This document shows, in pieces, positions 26,157-36,665 of a DNA stretch of 64,000 bases. The notes beneath the pieces were generated by a model. The model was not told the DNA's origin, did not search any database, and was given only the letters and a program-made list of their open reading frames with translations. The translations under genes and the position numbers were made by a program. Each line of letters starts with the position of its first letter. Within the stretch, counting starts at the first letter, position 1. This DNA is from an uncultured delta proteobacterium (GTDB taxonomy: Bacteria > Desulfobacterota > Binatia > UBA9968): positions 160,001 through 224,000 of the forward strand of contig CAWFJP010000004.1 of assembly GCA_963816145.1 (NCBI GenBank). Direction: 5' to 3'.

Positions 26157-29099
26157 CTAACCTTTCTGGATCTCGGCGTGCCTGAGGCCCCGCCCGACGC
26201 CGTAGATCGAGCCGATTCTGACCCCGGAGCCATTGGTGTTGCTGTTGTCGAGAATGTCGGTCGTCGAGAAAAACTTGTCCAGCAACAAGCGTAGCGACGT
26301 CTCGCTGAAGAAATGCAGGTGATCGGTGTTCTCGTATTCTTCCTTGCCGCAGGGCACTTCGATCAGGACCGATCCGTCCGGGCGGAGGATCTTGGCTATT
26401 TTAGCAAGGACCTGTTCCGGGTAGCGCATATGTTCGAGGGTGTGGAACGAAATCACCAGGTCGCAATGACGCTCCGGTAGTACCAGACTCTCAAACGGCT
26501 CGGTGCGGATATCGACGCCCAAATGTTTCATGCCCTCTGCCGCCATGGCGCGGTTCATCTCGCAACCAGCGACCGTCATGCCGCGCTTTCTTAAAGCGTG
26601 AAGCAGCATGCCTTCGGCGCAGCCGATTTCGAATACGGATTTATTTTTACCCGCTGTCGTCGCGACAAGGTCGAGACGCTCCAATATGCCGAGCCGAGCG
26701 TTCAAATAGACATCCGACTCTGCGCTTTGCTTCATCGTCGTGATGCCTTGGTGTATGCGGTCTTTTTCCCAGTAGCTGACGTCGCCATAAAGGCTACTCA
26801 GCACTTGGTCGTTGGGCAGCTGGACGGCATAAACATGGTTACAGTGACGACAGCGAAATAGCGGCGTTAGCTTATTCTCATACTCGAATTTCCCGGGCCC
26901 GCTGCAAATGGGGCAGTGTTTGACATGATGGCAGCGGTAGGCGCTGCTCCAAGGCAGGTAGCGGCGGAGCATCCTGAAAGTTCTTCGCGCAGCGAGAGTC
27001 TCGCTACTGAGCCGGCGATAGAAATGTCTGATGACGAAGATTGCAACCAACAAAGATGCCGCGGTGGTGTTGGCAAAACCCTTGGTTCCTGAGCGGATCA
27101 AGTTGCTTACCGACCAGGCTGCGATTAGAACAACCAGTTTGATTGGACCCAACAAGCTCCGAGGTGTTTTTGGCCAGTAGGGATCGAGTTTCTTCGCCGC
27201 GACCGGCGCTACGACCCTGCCAACGATGTCGCGCGGCCCGTTAGGCACCCGGGTGATGCTGTGTAGCTCTCGCAGTGCTTTGGTGATTTTCCCCAGCATC
27301 AAGCGAGCCTGTGCCAGCCGAAACCTGCTCCACAGATCATCCGGTTGAAATTCCAAAACCCGCAAGCACAGGCTTTCGGCTAAAAGAAAGTGCCTCCGAT
27401 CGTTGCACTGTTCGATCAACTGCCGCGCTTGGTCAAGTGCCCGGTTGCGTAGTTGGTCGTCGCCGGCTTTGTCGACTGGATGAGAATCGAGCAAAGCGAT
27501 GGCAGCGTCGAGGCAATGACTTGCGTTGGCCAGATCGCTGTTTGCGGCGCTGAGTTGCGCCGACTTTTCGATCAGCAGTTCCGGTACCACACCCACGAGC
27601 CCTCGCTCTTCCAGTTGGTGCAACATCGCTGCGGCCTCCTGTGGTCTGCCGCTTCGGCGCAGACTGTTCATGATTACGACGCGCATCGGGATTTCATGCC
27701 ACAGCGTATGGAACGGCGGATGTAGTTCCATCGCTTGCTCTGCGTGCTTTATCGCCCGGTCATAGTCTGCCGACGCTTGATAGCCATGGGCCAGTTCATA
27801 ATGCGGATAGTACCAATGCGGATCCAGTCCAATTACATCGTGCCAAGCCGAGATGGCATCCTGCCGGCGACCGCCGGCGTGGGACTCTAATGCCAAACGG
27901 ACGGTGTCTTGCCACGGCGTGCGAACGGCCAATTGCGTGCAAATTCTGAGCGCGTGGTCTTGTCTACCGACAAACAGCATACTCTTGATGAGCCAGTGCC
28001 AATTGTTTTCATTGGGCGGGCGTCGATTGGAAGCAAGTGAGGCGATCTCTTTGGCGATGTCTGCAGCCACGCCCCCGATGGGTAAATAAAAGTGCTTGGC
28101 TTTGACATTTGCCGGGTCGGTAGCGCCCTCACTATAGGTCTGCTCAATCGCCGCGCCGAGCTGGCTGATGTCCTCGACAACCCAAGCGCCGCCATCTTCG
28201 TGAAAGAGGGTTTTAAGACCGCAGGCGGCGACGACCGTTGGGACGCCGCGCAAGACCGCTTCCAAGCAGGTCTGGGAGTTGCCGCGGTTCACCAATACGC
28301 CAGTCGCGGCGAACAGCTCGTCCATAGCGACTTCGCGGCCAAGCACGATCGCGTCCGGGATAATGTTCTCGACATACTGGCGATTCGATTCAACATCTTC
28401 GTTGGGATGGAGTTTAACCACAACTCGACGTCCGATTTTCCGGCTTGCTTGGGCGATTTCCCGCAAAACGGCTTGGCGGAATTGGAGATCGTCCTTGTTG
28501 TGCAGTGACAACCGGCCGCGCAATGGCGAGGTGGTGTAAACGATCGGTTTGGTGGCCGCATCCAGACCAAGGTGCTTGAGCGTAGCGTTCGTGCCATTGC
28601 GATTTGCGCAAAACCGGTCGTTGGCTAGAAGGCCGCTGACGTGCAGCATCTCGGCGGGATATCCAAGCTTGAGGAAGCGCTGCTGTTCATCGGGCGAGGC
28701 GACGAACAGCCGATCGAAAGGGGCATCGTAGTTATTGATGTCGAATTGGTTGAGCCCAAGCTGCGCGACTTCTTCGATCGCGACAACCGGCACATTTCGT
28801 TGTTTGGCCCAATGGCATAGTAACAAGGCGAAGGGCTCGAATACCGCGCCTAAGATCAATGCCGCGACTTCGTTCGGTATGAGTTTTTCTATATCTGACC
28901 CGTCATCGAGGGTAATCGACGGAAGCCCTTCGCCTGCTATTGCAGCCGGGATACCTGGCGCGACCCGCGCCAGCGGTTCGTAAACGATGGCTTGGTATTT
29001 CCATCCCGGCATTTTGCTTATGACTTGGCACAGGTCGCGAACATGCACCGGGCTTGTCGGATAAAAGAGCAAGAACTGTGAACCGGTCGAGTCAGACAT
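26157..29099 (-). CDS. 980-aa fusion: GT-B/epimerase-like domain + TPR region + class I methyltransferase
   Basis: N-terminal VVKLHPNE, SQTCLEA...GVP; central helical repeats; C-terminal CPIC..CRHC, FEIGCAEG, FHTLEH, IEVP, HLHFF. Confidence 0.7.
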   Translation of the reverse strand: MSDSTGSQFLLFYPTSPVHVRDLCQVISKMPGWKYQAIVYEPLARVAPGIPAAIAGEGLPSITLDDGSDIEKLIPNEVAALILGAVFEPFALLLCHWAKQRNVPVVAIEEVAQLGLNQFDINNYDAPFDRLFVASPDEQQRFLKLGYPAEMLHVSGLLANDRFCANRNGTNATLKHLGLDAATKPIVYTTSPLRGRLSLHNKDDLQFRQAVLREIAQASRKIGRRVVVKLHPNEDVESNRQYVENIIPDAIVLGREVAMDELFAATGVLVNRGNSQTCLEAVLRGVPTVVAACGLKTLFHEDGGAWVVEDISQLGAAIEQTYSEGATDPANVKAKHFYLPIGGVAADIAKEIASLASNRRPPNENNWHWLIKSMLFVGRQDHALRICTQLAVRTPWQDTVRLALESHAGGRRQDAISAWHDVIGLDPHWYYPHYELAHGYQASADYDRAIKHAEQAMELHPPFHTLWHEIPMRVVIMNSLRRSGRPQEAAAMLHQLEERGLVGVVPELLIEKSAQLSAANSDLANASHCLDAAIALLDSHPVDKAGDDQLRNRALDQARQLIEQCNDRRHFLLAESLCLRVLEFQPDDLWSRFRLAQARLMLGKITKALRELHSITRVPNGPRDIVGRVVAPVAAKKLDPYWPKTPRSLLGPIKLVVLIAAWSVSNLIRSGTKGFANTTAASLLVAIFVIRHFYRRLSSETLAARRTFRMLRRYLPWSSAYRCHHVKHCPICSGPGKFEYENKLTPLFRCRHCNHVYAVQLPNDQVLSSLYGDVSYWEKDRIHQGITTMKQSAESDVYLNARLGILERLDLVATTAGKNKSVFEIGCAEGMLLHALRKRGMTVAGCEMNRAMAAEGMKHLGVDIRTEPFESLVLPERHCDLVISFHTLEHMRYPEQVLAKIAKILRPDGSVLIEVPCGKEEYENTDHLHFFSETSLRLLLDKFFSTTDILDNSNTNGSGVRIGSIYGVGRGLRHAEIQKG

Positions 29100-29422
29100 T
29101 GCTACTATCGGGGCGTCTCCCGCCAGACTACGGTGGCGTAACTTAGGATTTCGCTGATGCTAAAGGTTATCGGCACGAGCAACAAGCGGGCCGTAATGTC
29201 GCCTGAGTAAGTAATAGCGCCAAATATTCTTAGTGGTGCCAACGATTTGCTTGTTTCCAAAGAGGTATTTCGTCGAAAACCGCCACCCAGCGGGGCGAGA
29301 GCATGGAACGTTGGACATATAAACACGATTTAAGAAGTGCAAATTTGTCCCAAATCTGCCAATATTTGTCACTAAAGCTCGTCCTCTAGTTATAAACTGT
29401 TGTAAAATTAGGTTAAGTTCTC

Positions 29423-29438
29423 TGGCTTGCCTTTTGCT
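29423..29438 (+). promoter_or_regulatory. Putative sigma54 (-24/-12) promoter
   Basis: TGGCTTGCCTTTTGCT (GG-N10-GC), ~130 bp upstream of the radical SAM gene. Confidence 0.6.
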
Positions 29439-29566
29439 CGAGTAACGGCGACCGGTAGAATTAACACTTTAATAGCCCGATTCCCATGGTTTGGAGGTCT
29501 GAAGAGTGCCAATAAACGGCACCAGATTCTTTCGAATGGACCATGATTGATAGTGGAGGAGACTAA

Positions 29567-30914
29567 ATGGCCGCTAACGAGCTAGCCTTGAATCAAAACT
29601 CGACTGTGGATCCAACCGTGGAGTTCATTAAGACCACGACGCGAAATATCACCCGGCGCGGGGTCATGTGGTTGGGGCAGACCTGCAACATTCGCTGCCA
29701 CTTCTGTTATTTTCTCGACCGTATCAATTCCACAGACCACCCTGAACATCCGTTCATGAGCTTGGAAAAGGCCAAACAGATCTGTTCGACTCTGGTCGAA
29801 GTTTACGGCAATAACGCTATCGATATTCAAGGGGGCGAACCGACACTGTTCCGTCACATCAACGAGTTGGTTCGGCACTGCCGCGATATTGGTTTGATGC
29901 CGACCCTGATTACTAACGCGATTACGCTTGGCGATTTACGCCGTTGTGTGGCGTTGAAAGAAGCCGGTATTCGAGACCTCTTGGTGAGCGTGCAAGGGCT
30001 TGATGATACCTATGACTCTATTGTCGGTGTCAAAGGCGCTGCGCTAAAGCAGCGTAGCGGTCTCGAAAATATCATCGAGGCGGGGATTCCGGTTCGCTTC
30101 AATAGCGTCTTGTCCAAACCTGTGTTGCCGCAGTTGGAGGATATCGCCAAGCTTGCGGTGAGCAGTCCAGGCACGGGCGGTTAACTTTCTGGCATTCAAC
30201 CCATTTGAAGATCAACAGATCGCCGGTAAGCGCAGCGCGACCAACGTGCCGCGCTATAGCGAAGTCGCCTCGTCCTTAAATGCGGCGATGGATATTCTTG
30301 CCGACGGGGGCGTCGAATGTAACGTCCGCTATTTTCCGATCTGCATGGTCGAACCCCGACATCGCAAGTCAATGTACAATTTCCAGCAACTGCCCTACGA
30401 CCCGCATGAATGGGATTATGCCTCGTGGTCGTGGACAGGTTTGCAGCCCCAGCGGATGAAGTGGGGCGAGTGCTCGCCGGTAACCGATCTCGCAAAAGAA
30501 ACCTATACATCGGTGCAATATACCGGAGTGGCCAAACCGATCGCCGATGTCGCACGCCGTCTCGTCACCAAGTATCCGCGCCTGCGCGCGCCTGCGCGTC
30601 AGGTGCATGTCTCGGTCAGCAAACTCATGGCAGCCAAACCAGCTCACTCGTCGGAGCTCACGTCGAAAGAAAACTTGTACCGCGACAATGCCCGGCTGAG
30701 GAGCACGCAGCACTGCCGTTACGAATACGATCGAGCTTGCAACACTTGCGATATCAAAACAATTTGCGATGGCTTTCACGGCGACTATGCCGCCTTGTTT
30801 GGCACTGGCGAAGCCCGCGGGGTTGAGCTGGGGAAACCGGTCGATAATCCGAAGTTCTTTATTGCGGAGCAGGATAAGGTTATCGAGAAAGAGGATTTTG
30901 GATGGGCTCTCTAA
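29567..30914 (+). CDS. Radical SAM protein (frameshift near 30165) with Cys-rich C-terminus
   Basis: CNIRCHFC, QGGEPT, ITN; second part YFPICM and C....C..C.....CDG. Confidence 0.78.
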
Positions 30915-32023
30915 GGAGCTACATTGAGGCCTTCGACGGACGGTTGGGGCAGCTCAATACGGTCGCGCCGAAAGTTTCGATTATCATCACAAACTATAAC
31001 TACGTCGATTACATCGTCGATTGTTTGCAGTCGGTCAGTCAGCAGAGCTATCCGGAGATCGAATGCATCGTGGTCGACGATCACTCCAGTGACGGTTCAG
31101 CCGCCCAAATTCTCCGGTTTATCGAACGCGACAGGTCATCTATTTCCTTCAAACTCGTCTGTCATGAAATGACCCGAGGTCAGTACGCGGCGTTTCGCAC
31201 CGGTACGGCTCACGTTAGCGGCGCGTTCATTGTGTTCCTGGACGCTGATGATTTGTTGCTGCCAGATTTTGTCAGCGAGCATGTGCGCGTGCATCTAAGT
31301 ATGCCACCGGTGGCATTTACCAGCTCGAACCAATACCAAATCGACTCTTTAGGACAGGTGATTGGCGGCGTTCACCCGGATCTTCTGACCCAGGACCGAT
31401 TTCGCATGATCGGAACGGTTTCATTGCATAGACCGTTTTGGGTTTGGGCGACGACAAGCTCGATGATGTTTCGGCGTGCCGTGCTGGACTATGCGCTCGT
31501 GGATGCCGATGAGGCGTTTCGCAAATGCGCCGACAATTATGTAGCCCATTTTTGCAATCTTTTGGGAGGCTCGATCCTCATTCCGACAGTTTTAGGTTGT
31601 TACCGGCGCCACCAACGCAATACCTTCAGTAACAATCCGCTGATCGGTGGGCGTCTACCGACTGGTGACATGCGTCACCATCCAACGCATCGCCTGGTGT
31701 TAGACTCGATACGAACCCGTTTGGTCGAGTGCCACAAGGAGTTCATTTCATTGCTGGGCCCGGCGGGATTTGTTCATACGGTGGCCCGAGTGACCCCGGG
31801 TTCTGAATGGTGGCGTCAACGTCGTGACTGGAGCAAAGTCGTTGGCGTTGCCGGATTAACAACTTTCGTTCCAATGGTCGGATTGAATTTCCTGCGCACA
31901 ATCAACCGTCGGCTGAGAAATCGACCGCCAGCGTATACCGTTACTGACTTAGAGGGGAGTAAGCGTGCGGCAAAAATTGCCAGCTACGCCAACTATCAGC
32001 GTCATCGTAGCGACGCGAAATAG
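30902..32023 (+). CDS. GT2 glycosyltransferase
   Basis: VSIIITNYNY, VVDDHSSDGS, FLDADD, YRRH. Confidence 0.85.
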   Translation: MGSLRSYIEAFDGRLGQLNTVAPKVSIIITNYNYVDYIVDCLQSVSQQSYPEIECIVVDDHSSDGSAAQILRFIERDRSSISFKLVCHEMTRGQYAAFRTGTAHVSGAFIVFLDADDLLLPDFVSEHVRVHLSMPPVAFTSSNQYQIDSLGQVIGGVHPDLLTQDRFRMIGTVSLHRPFWVWATTSSMMFRRAVLDYALVDADEAFRKCADNYVAHFCNLLGGSILIPTVLGCYRRHQRNTFSNNPLIGGRLPTGDMRHHPTHRLVLDSIRTRLVECHKEFISLLGPAGFVHTVARVTPGSEWWRQRRDWSKVVGVAGLTTFVPMVGLNFLRTINRRLRNRPPAYTVTDLEGSKRAAKIASYANYQRHRSDAK

Positions 32024-32888
32024 ACGCGCGGCCCTCGATCAGTTTCTCAATCATATCCGTCGGCTACCCTCCACGCCCGGTTGGGAGCTTATCATTGTCG
32101 ATAATGGCAGCAGCGACGATACCTCGACACTACTCGCTTCGGCAGGCGATGCTTTGCCGCTTCTAGCGATTGAGGAGCCGCGCCAGGGAAAGAGCCGGGC
32201 CTTGAACAAAGCCCTCAGTTACGCGCGCGGTGACTTAATATTGTTTGCCGATGACGATATCGTGCCGGATCAGTTGTGGCTTTCCGCGCTTTCCGCGGCT
32301 GCTGTTGAATATCCCGATGCGAATGTGTTTGGCGGCCGGATCTTGGTGGATCGGCAGTCTATCCCACGTTGGATCGCTGATTCACAAAATTTGAAAACTA
32401 TTTTGACAACTGAACAAGATCTCGGTGATGTCCCGCAATGTTTTGCGCCGGACCAATATCCGGTCGGACCTAATATCGCCATACGGCGAAGCATTCTCGA
32501 TGGCGGTCGATACCAATGGCCTGTGAGTCTCGGTCCCGGGACACCGGTGCCGTTAGGCGATGAGCGGGTATTTCTCATGCAGCTCAGTGCGCCTCATTCG
32601 CCTGATCGCCTCTACGTTCCCGGCAGTGTCGTGTGGCATCGTGTTGTCGGGAGAGATCTCCGGGTCGGCAGTGCGGCTGGCCGCTGCTTCCTAGGAGGTT
32701 ACGCCGCGGGATTGATTGGCAAGCGGTATGGTGGCGCTGCGATAGCACGCAAGACCCGGATAACTAAACTTGCTTGGCAGCGCTACCGCCGCTCCGCCAG
32801 TAACGCGGAATTGTTCTGTAACTGCGCCCGTGCCTTGGGTGTGGCGGTGGGCTCGATCAGCCCCTTTCCACGGATTGGCGAAGATTAG
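31965..32888 (+). CDS. GT2 glycosyltransferase
   Basis: ISVIVATRNR, IVDNGSSDDT, FADDD, N.AIRR. Confidence 0.85.
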   Translation: MRQKLPATPTISVIVATRNRRAALDQFLNHIRRLPSTPGWELIIVDNGSSDDTSTLLASAGDALPLLAIEEPRQGKSRALNKALSYARGDLILFADDDIVPDQLWLSALSAAAVEYPDANVFGGRILVDRQSIPRWIADSQNLKTILTTEQDLGDVPQCFAPDQYPVGPNIAIRRSILDGGRYQWPVSLGPGTPVPLGDERVFLMQLSAPHSPDRLYVPGSVVWHRVVGRDLRVGSAAGRCFLGGYAAGLIGKRYGGAAIARKTRITKLAWQRYRRSASNAELFCNCARALGVAVGSISPFPRIGED

Positions 32889-32891
32889 TTT

Positions 32892-34055
32892 ATGCGCGTG
32901 CTGTTTATTACCAAGCAGCAGTACATGGCGAAAGATCTTCTAGCGGATCGATTCGGCCGATTCTATGAAATCCCGCGGGTGCTGGGGCAATTGCGTCACG
33001 ACCTGCACGGCGTTTGTCTTCGTTATTGGCCTAGCAAAACCGGTGTCATGACTTCTGGGTCTCACGATTTTGTCAAATGGACGTCCTTTCCTTTGGGCAG
33101 AGACTTGCCGTTGGGATTTGTGCGACACTATGTTCGGTTGGTTAGAATCGCCCGGCGGATTAAACCTGATATCGTAGTTGGTGCTTCCGATTGCTTCCAC
33201 ATCATCATGGCCGCTCGTTTGGGGACCAAGTTGAGCATACCGTACGCTGTTGATCTGTATGACAACTTCGAAGCCTATCGCGCGACGCAGATCCCCGGGC
33301 TGAGACATTGGTATCGCTCCGCCGTCAGCAAAGCTGCTGCGGTGTCGGTCGTCTCCGAAACACTCTTGGCGAAAGTCGAGACCGAGTATCGTCCGACCGG
33401 CATCGTTCGGACGGTTACCAATGCGGTGGCGCCGGAGTTTTTTCATGCCGGTGACAAAGCTATGGCAAGACGCAACCTCGGACTTCCCGAATCCAGACTC
33501 TTAGTAGGTAGCGCGGGCTCATTGACGCGTAGCCGCGATATTGCAATTCTTTGTCGTGCCATTGAGCGCATTAAGAATATTAATCCACGGGTTTGTTTAG
33601 TACTTGCTGGTCCGACGGATATGAGCATGACGCCGCAAGCGTGTGGCAAGATGATTTATCTCGGTCAATTGCCCCAGAAACGAGTCGGGGATCTGTTTCG
33701 CGCTTTAGACGTTGGCATCGTTTGCAACAGGGACGACCAGTTCGGCCGCTACTGTTTCCCGCAAAAGCTCTTCGAGATGTTGGCGTGCAACCTGCCTGTC
33801 GTGGCGGCCGATGTCGGTGCCACGCACAACTTGTTGCGCGAATCTAAAACATGTCTCTACCACCCGACCAGCGAGGATTCCTTGGTTAACGCGATCCTGG
33901 CGCAATTTGGCGGGGGTTGTTTGCCCGCACTGCCGATACCGACATGGCAAGACCGTGGCCTTGAGTTTGGCGCGTTGTTGGAAGAGGCGATCCCGGCTTC
34001 AACAAAATTGTTGACCAGCTTCGAGGCAGACAAATTGGCGGCTCAGAGATTGTAA
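32892..34055 (+). CDS. GT4 glycosyltransferase
   Basis: TNAV, FPQKLFEMLACNLPVVAADV. Confidence 0.8.
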   Translation: MRVLFITKQQYMAKDLLADRFGRFYEIPRVLGQLRHDLHGVCLRYWPSKTGVMTSGSHDFVKWTSFPLGRDLPLGFVRHYVRLVRIARRIKPDIVVGASDCFHIIMAARLGTKLSIPYAVDLYDNFEAYRATQIPGLRHWYRSAVSKAAAVSVVSETLLAKVETEYRPTGIVRTVTNAVAPEFFHAGDKAMARRNLGLPESRLLVGSAGSLTRSRDIAILCRAIERIKNINPRVCLVLAGPTDMSMTPQACGKMIYLGQLPQKRVGDLFRALDVGIVCNRDDQFGRYCFPQKLFEMLACNLPVVAADVGATHNLLRESKTCLYHPTSEDSLVNAILAQFGGGCLPALPIPTWQDRGLEFGALLEEAIPASTKLLTSFEADKLAAQRL

Positions 34056-34111
34056 ATGTCCTCGAAATCGATTCGTGAATATTAGGCAATCAAGTATCGC
34101 GAGCGTAGATT

Positions 34112-34900
34112 ATGATGCTTCTCATTTCCGTGTTTATCCTCGGCACCATCGTCGGTAGTTTCCTAAACGTCTGCATTGGCCGGATTCCCAATGAAGAGTC
34201 GGTAGTGTTTCCGCCTTCTCATTGCCCCAAGTGCAAGGCTGCCATCACGTTTTACGACAACTTCCCGTTGCTCAGTTATTTGTGGTTACGTGGGAAGTGT
34301 CGGGCCTGCCACGAGGCCATTTCGCCGCGCTATTTCCTTGTCGAGTTGCTCACGGGATTGGTGGCATTGGCGCTCTATTCCCGCTTCGGACTGAGTTACA
34401 CTTTTGTCGTCAGTTTTGTTTTTGCCGCGGCCTTGATCGTTATTTCGTTTATCGATCTCGATGTTCGCATCGTACCGGACGTGATCAGCCTGCCGGGGAT
34501 CATCGTCGGTTTAGTGTTTTCGGTCATTGGCTATTTTGTCTTTACCGATGCCTTCGAAATTATCCCGACCCCGCTAAGCTCGCTCATCGGGATCCTTGTC
34601 GGTGGCGGGTTTTTGCTGGCGACGGCCTGGATATACGAGAAAGTTACCGGTGTGGATGGCATGGGCGGTGGCGACATTAAGCTGTTGGCGATGATCGGTG
34701 CGTTTCTCGGTTGGCCTTCGATTCCCGTTACGCTTTTCATTGCGTCGGTGTTGGGTTCGGTGATCGGTGTCGGCTTGATGGTGGCCACCGGTGCCGGGCG
34801 CAGGCTGGCTTTGCCTTTCGCCCCGTTTCTATGCGCTGGTGCGCTGATTTATCTTTTCTACGGTGGCATTTTGATTCAATATTATTTGCCTAACTCTTAG
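34112..34900 (+). CDS. pilD: Prepilin peptidase/N-methyltransferase
   Basis: GSFLNVCI.RIP, SHCPKC, GKCRAC, FIDLD, GMGGGDIKL, PFAPFL. Confidence 0.93.
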   Translation: MMLLISVFILGTIVGSFLNVCIGRIPNEESVVFPPSHCPKCKAAITFYDNFPLLSYLWLRGKCRACHEAISPRYFLVELLTGLVALALYSRFGLSYTFVVSFVFAAALIVISFIDLDVRIVPDVISLPGIIVGLVFSVIGYFVFTDAFEIIPTPLSSLIGILVGGGFLLATAWIYEKVTGVDGMGGGDIKLLAMIGAFLGWPSIPVTLFIASVLGSVIGVGLMVATGAGRRLALPFAPFLCAGALIYLFYGGILIQYYLPNS

Positions 34901-35140
34901 TGCCGACTGTTTACTGGGGCCAAATCTCGTCATAAGTCCGATTTTTGGTAGGATATCGTGTCGCTCAATTTTCTAGGCTGGTCTAAATAGCTCCCCATTA
35001 ATCCCTCGATGTCACGGCTGCTCTCGATGTCAGCTCTTCGGGCCTTGGTATGCTTCTTGTTAGATAAAACTCGCAGCGGTTTATAAGTCTACAGGGGCTG
35101 AATTGGTGTCGATCTGGGGAGTGGAGACCGTTAGCTAGAC

Positions 35141-35623
35141 ATGAGACTAGAGCGCGCAGCGAAGAGGTTTTTCGTTCAATCCGGTTTTACACTATTGGAG
35201 CTGCTTGCCGGGTGCGCTCTATTCGGCATTCTTACAGCGATTGCGGTACCGAGCTTTACTGCGGTCCAACCCTCACTTCGTCTCAATGGTGCAGCGAGAC
35301 AGGCATATGGACGGTTGATGTGGGCACGGGCGCAAGCGGTTGATCAGAATAACCAGTTCATCGTTTCTTTGGCTGATAATCACACTTTATCCATTCTGGA
35401 TGATAACAATGGTAACGGCAGCGCAGATGTTGGGGAAACGGTGACCACAGTAGATATCCAACTTGCGTACCCAGATGTGACAATCACTAAAGGTTTGGCG
35501 GACCCTAACCCGACGTTCTTGGGAAGAGGCACGACTCTTGGGACTACGAGTTTCACCGTGTCTAACTCGGCTGGGTCGCGGACGATTACCGTCAATATTA
35601 CTGGCGTGATCAAAATTAACTAG
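35141..35623 (+). CDS. FimT/FimU-like minor pilin (set 1)
   Basis: GFTLLEL class III signal, AR.QAV, C-terminal TG.IK. Confidence 0.82.
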   Translation: MRLERAAKRFFVQSGFTLLELLAGCALFGILTAIAVPSFTAVQPSLRLNGAARQAYGRLMWARAQAVDQNNQFIVSLADNHTLSILDDNNGNGSADVGETVTTVDIQLAYPDVTITKGLADPNPTFLGRGTTLGTTSFTVSNSAGSRTITVNITGVIKIN

Positions 35624-35644
35624 CGGTTATAGATTTTATTAACG

Positions 35645-36016
35645 ATGAAGCGTTTGCGAGCGAATGTTGGATTTACCTTGATGGAGGTGTTGGTAGCCCT
35701 GCTGCTGCTAACGCTGGGGATGCTCGGCGTGGCGAATCTTACGATTGGAGTCATCAAGGGGAATTCCTATAGCAAGAATGTAACCACGGCGACTGTTGTG
35801 GCGCGGCAACAAATCGAGGAGGCTATTCGACTGGGATATTCCACTGCCGGTAATCTGGCCGGCACATCGACGATAGCGATGGGTGGCAAGAGCTTTACGC
35901 GAACGACCACCGTTGCCAACGCGACCCCCTCGGCAAATATGAAAACCGTTACCGTCGCAGTGGCGTGGAATCCGGGGAATTATTCTGTGAGTCTCAACAC
36001 TACGCTTTCGCAATAG
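35645..36016 (+). CDS. PilV-like minor pilin (set 1)
   Basis: GFTLMEVLVAL, KTVTVAVAW. Confidence 0.82.
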   Translation: MKRLRANVGFTLMEVLVALLLLTLGMLGVANLTIGVIKGNSYSKNVTTATVVARQQIEEAIRLGYSTAGNLAGTSTIAMGGKSFTRTTTVANATPSANMKTVTVAVAWNPGNYSVSLNTTLSQ

Positions 36017-36018
36017 CA

Positions 36019-36648
36019 ATGGTTTACATGGGATTTAAAAACAACCAATTCCAGGACGGGTTCTCCTTGATGGAATTGGTTATCGCGATCGCCATTGGGA
36101 TGGTGATCATGGGGGCGGTCGCGGGCACATTTATGACGCAGACACGGTTCTATAACGCCCAAGAGCAAGTAAATGAAATGCAACAAAATGCTAGAGCCGC
36201 GATCGATCTGATTTCTCGTGAGATTAAGATGGCCGGCTATAAACCAACTGGCGATGCGATTACAGGTGTGAGCTACAGCACTACTGAGCTTAGAATCAGA
36301 TCGAATAATAACGGGTATCTTGCGGTCGCGAACGGCGGCGATACGACCATCAACGACAGCTCGGACGAACATTTGGTGTACACGTTTGATGCGGCGAACA
36401 ACCAAATCAAACGAGCGTATGGCGTGGTGGGTGCAACCCCTCAAGTCGTCGCAAGCAATATTACAGCCTTTACGTTTAGCTACTTGGATTCGAGCGGAGC
36501 TGCAACAACCACGGCAGCAAACATTCGACAAATAAGCCTCAGCATAACCGCTCGAACGGCAAAGCCGGATCCAAATTTAAGCACCAATAACGGCTACCGA
36601 ACCTACACCGTATCGACAGTTATCACACCGCCGAATCTAGGACTCTGA
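36019..36648 (+). CDS. PilW-like minor pilin (set 1)
   Basis: GFSLMELVIA, MQQNARAA.D.ISREIKMAGY. Confidence 0.82.
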   Translation: MVYMGFKNNQFQDGFSLMELVIAIAIGMVIMGAVAGTFMTQTRFYNAQEQVNEMQQNARAAIDLISREIKMAGYKPTGDAITGVSYSTTELRIRSNNNGYLAVANGGDTTINDSSDEHLVYTFDAANNQIKRAYGVVGATPQVVASNITAFTFSYLDSSGAATTTAANIRQISLSITARTAKPDPNLSTNNGYRTYTVSTVITPPNLGL

Positions 36649-36665
36649 ATAAGGAGAAACATTCT

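Noticed and set aside
29567-30914. Radical SAM gene as a RiPP (His-Xaa-Ser-like) maturase
   Set aside because: No precursor peptide or partner genes are visible, and the context is glycosyltransferases.
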